Shown here one piece after another: positions 26,456-32,000 of a stretch of DNA of 32,000 bases (the first letter of the stretch is position 1; every line of letters starts with the position of its first letter). The translations under genes and the position numbers were made by a program. The stretch lies in the NCBI RefSeq assembly GCF_001652585.1, contig NZ_LWLG01000001.1:120001-152000 (forward strand), written 5' to 3'. The notes beneath the pieces were generated by a model, which saw only the letters and a program-made list of their open reading frames with translations, did not search any database and was not told where the DNA came from. This stretch comes from Thermosulfurimonas dismutans. GTDB taxonomy: Bacteria > Desulfobacterota > Thermodesulfobacteria > Thermodesulfobacteriales > Thermodesulfobacteriaceae.

Positions 26456-27640
26456 TCAAGATTTCAAAATTTCCCGAAGAATTTCGTAAACCGCATCTAT
26501 TTCACGATAGGCCACGGTAAGAGGCGGGGAAAAGCGGATCACCTCCGTTTTGGGAGCAGTCGCAAGCACCCGTCTTTCAAACAGGGCCTGCACCACATCG
26601 CCTGCCGGGATCCGGACCTCAAGACCCAGAAGAAGGCCGAGCCCCCTCACCCCGGAGACCTTGTCCGGGAACTCCTCCGCCAGAGCGGAGAGCCTTTTAC
26701 GCAAGGCCTGGCCTTTGAGCCTTACCTCTTCAAGGAAACCCTCGGAAAGCACTATTTTCATCACCGCTACGGCTGCGGCACAGGCCACGGGGTTTCCCCC
26801 GAAGGTGGAGGCGTGAGAGCCTGGAGTAAGGGCTGACATGACCTTTTCTTTGGCCAATATCGCCCCCAGGGGAAGTCCCCCCGCAAGCCCCTTGGCCAGG
26901 CACATGATGTCCGGCACAATACCATAGTGTTCATAGGCAAAAAGGTGTCCGGTACGGCCGATACCGGTCTGGATCTCGTCAAAGATGAGGAGGGCCTGAT
27001 AGCGGTCACAGAGGCTCCGGGCCTCAAGGAGAAACTCCCGGGAAAGGGGGATTACCCCTCCCTCACCCAGTACAGGCTCAAGGATCACGGCACAGGTACT
27101 CTCGTTTACGGCCTCCCGCAGGGCTTCACGGTCGTTTGGCGGAACGTGCACGAAGTCCGGAACCAGGGGCTCAAAGCCCTCCCAGTAGACAGGCTGGCCG
27201 GTAGCCGAAAGCGCCCCATAGGTGCGACCGTGAAAAGAATTTTCAAGGGCCACCATCTGGGTTTTGCCAGGACCGTGGTTAAGATAGCTCCAGCGGCGGG
27301 CGAGTTTCAGGGCCGCTTCCACGGCCTCGGCCCCGGAATTGCAAAAGAAGACCCTCTCGCCGAAGGAATTCTCTACCAGAATCTCGGCCAGTCTGGCTTG
27401 CGGTTCAGTCCAGTAAAGGTTTGAGACGTGGAGAAGCTTTTCGGCTTGCTCCTTGATGGCCGAGACCACGGGCTCAGGGGCATGCCCTAGGGTACAGACC
27501 GCAATCCCGGCACAGAAATCTAGGTACTCGCGTCCTTCCTCGTCCCAAAGTCGGGAGCCCTTCCCCCGGACAAAGGCTACCGGAAACCTCTTGTAATTTT
27601 GGGCTAGATAAAGCTCTCCCAGGTCTTTGATGATCGCCAT
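26456..27640 (-). CDS. argD: acetylornithine aminotransferase (class III PLP aminotransferase)
   Basis: NSGAEAVEAALKLAR, LIFDEIQTGIGRTG and HASTFGGNP motifs. Confidence 0.85.
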   Translation of the reverse strand: MAIIKDLGELYLAQNYKRFPVAFVRGKGSRLWDEEGREYLDFCAGIAVCTLGHAPEPVVSAIKEQAEKLLHVSNLYWTEPQARLAEILVENSFGERVFFCNSGAEAVEAALKLARRWSYLNHGPGKTQMVALENSFHGRTYGALSATGQPVYWEGFEPLVPDFVHVPPNDREALREAVNESTCAVILEPVLGEGGVIPLSREFLLEARSLCDRYQALLIFDEIQTGIGRTGHLFAYEHYGIVPDIMCLAKGLAGGLPLGAILAKEKVMSALTPGSHASTFGGNPVACAAAVAVMKIVLSEGFLEEVRLKGQALRKRLSALAEEFPDKVSGVRGLGLLLGLEVRIPAGDVVQALFERRVLATAPKTEVIRFSPPLTVAYREIDAVYEILREILKS

Positions 27641-27668
27641 TATTAGTATTCCTCTCTTTTAGAATTTG

Positions 27669-27690
27669 AAAATCTGTTATAAAAGATTTT
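27669..27690. promoter_or_regulatory. 7-8-7 inverted repeat AAAATCT-gttataaa-AGATTTT overlapping a TATAAA box just upstream of arsR (candidate autoregulatory operator)
   Basis: Perfect 7-bp arms at 27669-27675 and 27684-27690. TATAAA lies at 27678-27683. Confidence 0.4.
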
Positions 27691-27693
27691 GAC

Positions 27694-27987
27694 GTGGGAG
27701 GAAAGGGGCCCTTGAATCAGCTAACGCTCTTCTTCAAAACCCTTGGGGACGAAAACCGTCTGAAGATCCTTTACGAGTTGCAAAAGGAAAAAGAACTCTC
27801 CGTAGGTGAACTGGTAGAAAGGCTGGAGATCTCCCAGCCGCTAGCATCCCATCATCTGAGGGAACTAAAGATGTCCGGACTGGTAACAACCAGAAAAAAA
27901 GGACCCTACGTCTTCTATCGCCTTAAAAATCCCCGAATCTTTGAACTGATAGCCCTAGCCCAATCCATACTGGAGGAGCAAGCATGA
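27694..27987 (+). CDS. ArsR/SmtB-family HTH regulator lacking any Cys
   Basis: FKTLGDENRLKILYEL...SVGELVERLEISQPLASHHLRELKMSGLV. The start is ambiguous: GTG at 27694, or TTG at 27712, which has GGAGG 10 nt upstream. Confidence 0.85.
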   Translation: MGGKGPLNQLTLFFKTLGDENRLKILYELQKEKELSVGELVERLEISQPLASHHLRELKMSGLVTTRKKGPYVFYRLKNPRIFELIALAQSILEEQA

Positions 27988-28427
27988 AATCGAGACTCAA
28001 GCATCTCCTCAAGGAGGCCTCCCTGGAGGAAATGAAAGAAGCCCTATTTTTCCTTCTTTCTCAAATTTACGCCCTCCTCGACGAAAAGGAACAGCAAACC
28101 TTCTTCCTGGAAATGTTTAAAGGCGAGGAGGGTAAGGTCCCTTCCATGGTATATTACTGACTGGCCAAGTGTTTCGACGCGGGCGTGGACCCGCGTTCAG
28201 TTTGTCGGGGCATAGTTTCAGCGGTAGGCGAAAAGGAAAGTCTTCCGGAAGAAGTCCCTGAATCCCTGAAACTCCTTTTCGAGGAATGGTTAGACGAACT
28301 TACCGAGGAGGCTCGTCGAATTACTGCTCAAAGAGCCCCTCTGTCCACCCCAGAGCTAGCGAAATACTTACGTATCTCTAAAGAAGGTGCGGAATACATT
28401 AGAGAACGCCTTAAAAGAATCTCTTGA
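27984..28427 (+). CDS. candidate selenoprotein: 147-codon read-through ORF (in-frame TGA = Sec59, motif YY-U-LAKC) with an HTH-like C-terminus
   Basis: The ATG at 27984 (GGAGGA 6 nt upstream, ATGA overlap with the arsR stop) opens a 58-codon frame ending at TGA 28158-28160. The same frame stays open for 88 more codons, which the track shows only as a GTG-started ORF at 28185. Those codons contain no ATG, and the 28185 GTG has no SD upstream. A hairpin follows the TGA. Confidence 0.62.
28176..28197 (+). promoter_or_regulatory. SECIS-like hairpin 15-16 nt after TGA 28158
   Basis: (G)ACGCGGG-CGTGGA-CCCGCGT(T). This gives 7 Watson-Crick pairs plus a closing G-U, and the loop contains GU/GG. Confidence 0.55.
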
Positions 28428-28546
28428 TAGAAGATATCCTCCCGAAAAGCTCCTATTCGTCTCTCTTTGCTACCCAAAAACCCTAATTTTTTAGGAATTC
28501 TTACTTCCTGACATAAAAGATGCGACCAATGGTCCCATAGCAGGAC

Positions 28547-28575
28547 TTGACTATTTAAACAAATTTTTATATAAA
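28547..28575 (+). promoter_or_regulatory. sigma-70-like promoter TTGACT-N17-TATAAA for the Cys-rich/DsrE-like operon
   Basis: TTGACT at 28547-28552 and TATAAA at 28570-28575. The -10 box lies within an 8-8-8 A/T inverted repeat, ATTTTTAT-ataaatag-ATAAAAAT (28563-28586). Confidence 0.5.
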
Positions 28576-28648
28576 TAGATAAAAATACATTGATACATTA
28601 AAATGAGAAAGACCTTCTTAAACAAAACCGGTTGATGTCACCCAAAAG

Positions 28649-28666
28649 GTTCCCCAGTAGGGGAGC
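28649..28666 (+). promoter_or_regulatory. hairpin GTTCCCC-AGTA-GGGGAGC, 13 nt after in-frame TGA 28633 (possible third SECIS)
   Basis: 7-bp stem including one G-U, with loop AGUA. It sits between an ATG at 28603 and the GTG at 28687, which are in the same frame. Confidence 0.35.
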
Positions 28667-28686
28667 AAGCTTCCGAAAGAAAAAAG

Positions 28687-29382
28687 GTGCACTGTTCGAT
28701 TTGCGGTCAGCCTTTGATTTATCTTACCAAAGAAAGAAAAGAAAAATGCTTCTATTGCAAACAAGAAAAATCAGCCTATGTCGTATGCCCTGAAAACCAT
28801 TTTGTCTGCGACGACTGTCACGGGAACGAAATAAAAGCGGCCTTAAAACAAGAAGCATTCAAGGCTCAGACCCCCGACCCGATAAAACTATCTCTTCTTT
28901 GGCTTAAAAAGTACCCCTTCCCCATGCTAGGGTGTGAACATGCCTATTTAGCGGCGAGCTCATTATTAGGATCTCTGGTAGCTGCCGGTTTTAGCCTTTC
29001 GAAAGGAGACCTGGAAGAGGTGTTCTCCCGAATAGACCTCCAGGCTAGAGGTGGCTTTTGCGGGCTTACTGGCATTTGCGGCATAGTGCCAGCCCTAGGA
29101 GCCTCTCTCGCCATCCTTAACAGTTCACACTGCGGAACTGACCGAGAACAACGCGAAGTTATGGAACTTACAAGTGACCTCCTTAAGAAATTTGCGGAGT
29201 TAACCGGTCCTAGCTGTTGTAAAGCCTATCTTTGGGCAGGCTTGGAGGTTGTCACCAAAAGAATCAAGGCTTTTTATCCTCAGGTTAACCTCAGAACTTC
29301 CTCTCCCCTTTGCTTCTTCTCAAAGACGCATCCTCACGGTTGCAGACAAGAAAAGTGTCCATACTTTAACACGTTTAAATAA
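28687..29382 (+). CDS. Cys-rich protein with N-terminal zinc-ribbon (CxxC...CxxC...CPxxHxxCxxCH); resembles DUF5714 from memory
   Basis: MHCSICGQPL...CFYCKQE...CPENHFVCDDCHG, then GGFCGLTGICG, GPSCCKAY and a C-terminal HGCRQEKCPYF. The GTG start has a poor SD. A possible N-terminal extension reaches ATG 28603 through TGA 28633. Confidence 0.7.
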   Translation: MHCSICGQPLIYLTKERKEKCFYCKQEKSAYVVCPENHFVCDDCHGNEIKAALKQEAFKAQTPDPIKLSLLWLKKYPFPMLGCEHAYLAASSLLGSLVAAGFSLSKGDLEEVFSRIDLQARGGFCGLTGICGIVPALGASLAILNSSHCGTDREQREVMELTSDLLKKFAELTGPSCCKAYLWAGLEVVTKRIKAFYPQVNLRTSSPLCFFSKTHPHGCRQEKCPYFNTFK

Positions 29383-29403
29383 TATTTCTTAAGGAGGTAA
29401 GCC

Positions 29404-29724
29404 ATGAAACTAGGAATCATTCTTACAACCAAAGAACCCGAAAAGGCCTGGAATGCCATGCGACTGGCAAACTTTGCCCTCAAAGCTGGGGACGAGGTCA
29501 AGGTCTTTTTAACAGGAGAGGGCGTAGAAGCCTCGGAAGTGGCTGATGATAAGTTCAACATCAAACAAGAGATGAACAAGTTTCTAGAAGGGGGAGGCCA
29601 GATTCTGGCCTGTGGCACCTGTCTAAAATTACGCCACAAAGAGGCCTCGGAGATCTGCCCCCTTTCCACCTTGGAGGATCTTTATAGGTTAATTCTTCTC
29701 TCGGAAAAAGTTTTGACCTTTTAG
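29404..29724 (+). CDS. cytoplasmic DsrE/TusD (YchN-fold)-like protein, Cys form (paralog 2)
   Basis: MKLGIILTTKEPEKAWNAMRLANFALKAGDEVKVFLTGEGV...GGQILACGTCLKLRH. AAGGAGG lies 6 nt upstream and there is no signal peptide. Confidence 0.85.
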   Translation: MKLGIILTTKEPEKAWNAMRLANFALKAGDEVKVFLTGEGVEASEVADDKFNIKQEMNKFLEGGGQILACGTCLKLRHKEASEICPLSTLEDLYRLILLSEKVLTF

Positions 29725-29754
29725 ACCTAAATCTTACATAAGGAGGTGGAGACC

Positions 29755-30156
29755 ATGCGTGTTCCCAAATGGATCTTAGGATTCTGGTTGGTAGGCTGTC
29801 TCCTTTTATGGACTGGGGATCTTAAGGCCGACGAAGGTCGAAAGCTCCTCCTAGTGATCACCACCAACGAAACGGAAACGGTCTGGCAGGCTCTAAGACT
29901 ATCTAATTTTGCAATCTCTCAAGGTGACGAAGTGCGCATCTACCTTACCGGGAAAGGGGTTGAGCTCCTCAAAATGGACAATAGCCCTTTAGATGTAGCC
30001 CAAAAACTTGAAAGTTTTTTGAAAAATGGAGGCGAAGTCTATGGTTGAAAAAAGGCCCTTAAGATGCACGGTGTGCATTCCGAGAAAGTAAAACCTGCGG
30101 GCAAGAAGGCGTTTTACCAGATGATCTGGGAAAGTGAGAAAGTCCTGGTCTATTAA
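29755..30156 (+). CDS. exported DsrE/TusD-fold selenoprotein candidate (paralog 3; TGA 30046-30048 = Sec98 replacing the active-site Cys)
   Basis: The track ORF stops at TGA 30046. The same frame continues KKALKMHGVHSEKVKPAGKKAFYQMIWESEKVLVY to TAA 30154-30156. Gapless alignment to paralog 2 places the TGA on the first Cys of ACGTC. The post-TGA residues L, K, P and SEKVL are conserved with the paralogs. A hairpin follows the TGA. The ATG at 29755 has AAGGAGG upstream, and MRVPKWILGFWLVGCLLLWTGDLKA is signal-peptide-like. Confidence 0.82.
30064..30078 (+). promoter_or_regulatory. SECIS-like hairpin ATGCAC-GGT-GTGCAT, 15 nt after TGA 30046
   Basis: Perfect 6-bp stem with apical GGU. A possible lower stem CTT/GAG lies beyond an internal loop (30058-30084). 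Confidence 0.6.
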
Positions 30157-30164
30157 AATCATAA

Positions 30165-30239
30165 TGGCTGGGGGACCAGGATTCGAACCTGGACTGGCGG
30201 GTCCAGAGCCCGCTGTCCTGCCGATTAGACGATCCCCCA
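30165..30239 (-). tRNA. tRNA-Gln (anticodon CUG), encoded CCA
   Basis: The reverse complement is TGGGGGATCGTCTAATCGGCAGGACAGCGGGCTCTGGACCCGCCAGTCCAGGTTCGAATCCTGGTCCCCCAGCCA. Anticodon loop is CTCTGGA. Confidence 0.88.
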
Positions 30240-30260
30240 GCTGCCAAGCTTAATTATAAT

Positions 30261-31196
30261 TTAGCCCTCTTTGAGGTCAAGGGTTGCTATCTTGAGAGTG
30301 AGAAAGGGAGTAGCCTGAAGTTCATAATCCCGGGCCAGGGAGGCCGCCATCCCTAGAACTTTCCTGAGCCCTCCCAGGGTCAACCGGTCAAAATTTAGCC
30401 GGAGGCCACCTTCGGAGATCAGGGTTAGCTCTCCGGAGAAGCCCTCGATCTCAACCGGTACGGTCTCCCCGGGCTCAGGGAAGATCACCTCTCCCGAAAA
30501 CTCCTCTTCGAAATCCGAGGGATCGAGGACATTGAAGCTCACCTCTCCAAGCCGGTCAGAGAGACCGGCCTGATAGCGTAGTTTATTCAAAAGGGCTTCA
30601 GGATGGGGCAGGGTGTATGTCTTCCCGCTTTCAAAGGTACTCAGAAACTCCGTAGGTTTAAGGCGCCTCTTAGAAGTAGGATAGGGCAGGATCCCCGAAA
30701 GGGAGGCCAGCGTCTCTTCGGACACCCGCACCTGCCGAAACTCGGAAAGCCCGGCTTCGCGAATAGCTTCCCGCCAGAAACGATCACGCTCAAAATCCCG
30801 ACTCTCGTAGTCGTATTCGTAATAAACGGCTTTAATGCCTGCTGAAGCAATGAGTTTCAGGCACACGTAACAAGGGGCTAGGGTACAATAAAGTTCTGCA
30901 CCTTCCACCGAGATTCCAAACCGGGCCGCTTGGGCAATGGCGTTGGCCTCGGCGTGAGTGGCCCGACAAAAGTTGTATTTGTCTATGTCCGGGATCCCCT
31001 TTTCCCTGCGGAAGCAATACTCTGGCCCACGATCCGTGCAGTGCCAAGCCCCAGGCATAGGGCCATTGTAACCCGTGGCTAAAATTCTCTTGTCCTTCAC
31101 GATCACCGCGCCCGAGGGTCTAGAATTGCACCCCGAACGCAAGGCTACCATCTTGGCAAGCAACATGAAGTATTCTTGCCAGGGAGGTCGCTTCAT
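30261..31196 (-). CDS. dCMP deaminase (ComEB-type zinc deaminase) with ~150-aa C-terminal extension of unknown function
   Basis: WQEYFMLLAKMVALRSGC, THAEANAI and the PCYVCLKLI zinc motifs in the first ~150 aa. I recognise no family in the remainder. Confidence 0.8.
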   Translation of the reverse strand: MKRPPWQEYFMLLAKMVALRSGCNSRPSGAVIVKDKRILATGYNGPMPGAWHCTDRGPEYCFRREKGIPDIDKYNFCRATHAEANAIAQAARFGISVEGAELYCTLAPCYVCLKLIASAGIKAVYYEYDYESRDFERDRFWREAIREAGLSEFRQVRVSEETLASLSGILPYPTSKRRLKPTEFLSTFESGKTYTLPHPEALLNKLRYQAGLSDRLGEVSFNVLDPSDFEEEFSGEVIFPEPGETVPVEIEGFSGELTLISEGGLRLNFDRLTLGGLRKVLGMAASLARDYELQATPFLTLKIATLDLKEG

Positions 31197-32000
31197 CTAA
31201 CAGAGGTCCCGATAAACCGGAAATTCCTCGCAGAGACGACGGACTTTCTCACGAATCTCACGAAGAAGGCTCTCATTCTTGGGATCTTTGAGCACTGCAG
31301 ATATCCACCCCCCAACCATCTCCATTTCCCTTTCCTTGAGGCCCCGCGTGGTTACCGCCGGGGTCCCGATACGGATGCCGCTGGTAACTTTGGGAGGAAG
31401 GGGATCGAAGGGGATGGCGTTTTTGTTGACTGTAATCCCGGCCCGACCAAGGGCTTCTTCGGCTTCGGCCCCCGTGAGCCCTTGCTTGGAGAGATCCACT
31501 AGAATGAGGTGGTTGTCCGTGCCGCCGGAAACAAGTCGGAACCCTTCTGCCGAAAGGACCTCGGCCAATTTCCGAGCGTTGGACACCACTTGCTGCTGAT
31601 AAGCCTTGAATTTCGGAGAAAGGGCCTCTTTAAAACATACGGCCTTGGCCGCGATAATGTTCATGTGCGGTCCGCCCTGGATCCCAGGGAAGATAGTCTT
31701 GTCAATCAGTTTCCCGTAGCGTTCTTTGGCCAGAATGAACCCTCCTCGCGGACCACGCATGGTCTTGTGAGTGGTAGAGGTCACGAAATCCGCAAAGGGT
31801 ACCGGTGAAGGATGGATCCCGGCAGCCACCAGGCCCGCAATATGGGCCATATCCACCATGAGATAAGCCCCCACTTCCTGGGCGATAGTATAAAAGGCCT
31901 CGAAATCAATCACCCGGGGGTAGGCACTGGCCCCGGCCACAATCATCTTGGGACGGTGCTCAAGGGCCAGCCGCCTTACCTCCTCGTAATCAATGGTCTC
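31197..32000 (-). CDS. glyA: serine hydroxymethyltransferase, C-terminal part (5' end beyond window)
   Basis: [15 protein letters not shown] contains the PLP-lysine motif. The frame remains open upstream of the track's Met through 32000 ([27 protein letters not shown]). Confidence 0.92.
   Translation of the reverse strand, partial: ETIDYEEVRRLALEHRPKMIVAGASAYPRVIDFEAFYTIAQEVGAYLMVDMAHIAGLVAAGIHPSPVPFADFVTSTTHKTMRGPRGGFILAKERYGKLIDKTIFPGIQGGPHMNIIAAKAVCFKEALSPKFKAYQQQVVSNARKLAEVLSAEGFRLVSGGTDNHLILVDLSKQGLTGAEAEEALGRAGITVNKNAIPFDPLPPKVTSGIRIGTPAVTTRGLKEREMEMVGGWISAVLKDPKNESLLREIREKVRRLCEEFPVYRDLC

Noticed and set aside
28185-28427. Independent 80-aa ORF starting at GTG 28185
   Set aside because: As a stand-alone gene it has no SD, and its start is buried in a 7-8 bp hairpin. 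It is in frame with the upstream ORF across a single TGA, so I favour read-through. A pseudogene cannot be excluded.
28482-28495. CCTAA-tttt-TTAGG as an intrinsic terminator after the first Sec-candidate ORF
   Set aside because: It has only a 5-bp AT-rich stem and no trailing U-run, which is too weak to call.
1-32000. Scan for CRISPR arrays, IS/transposase or integrase genes, prophage or defence-system genes, and rRNA
   Set aside because: I saw no spaced repeat arrays, recombinase-like ORFs or long repeats. Apart from the Sec-candidate locus, the window looks like core chromosome.

Overview
Gene-dense chromosomal window with no mobile elements, CRISPR arrays or rRNA. Most genes have GGAGG-type Shine-Dalgarno sites, and many neighbours overlap by 1-4 nt at stop/start. 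I call about 37 CDS, 4 tRNAs (Leu-CAA, Gly-GCC, Gln-UUG, Gln-CUG) and one strong 6S RNA candidate. Housekeeping content includes ileS (partial, missing from the ORF track because it has no stop in the window), metG, proC, rlmE, argD, ferritin and a four-subunit 2-oxoacid:ferredoxin oxidoreductase. It also includes dut plus an atypical thyX, zapB-like/zapA, rny-ymdB, futalosine-pathway mqnB/mqnD, dCMP deaminase and glyA (partial). This gene set suggests an anaerobic, probably thermophilic bacterium, which is inference only. The standout is a locus at about 27.67-30.16 kb headed by a Cys-free ArsR-family regulator. In it, three ORFs that the track shows as truncated or split continue in frame through a TGA codon. 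Each TGA is followed 13-16 nt later by a 6-8 bp GC-rich hairpin with G/U in the loop, which looks like a bacterial SECIS element. The clearest case is an exported DsrE/TusD-fold protein. Its TGA aligns without gaps onto the active-site Cys of two Cys-containing paralogs in this same window, and homology continues for 35 codons past the TGA. I interpret the locus as a candidate multi-selenoprotein, ArsR-linked sulfur/selenium-trafficking or redox system. It would be mis-annotated by standard gene callers. Its function is unknown, and the selenocysteine calls need the Sec machinery to be confirmed elsewhere in the genome.
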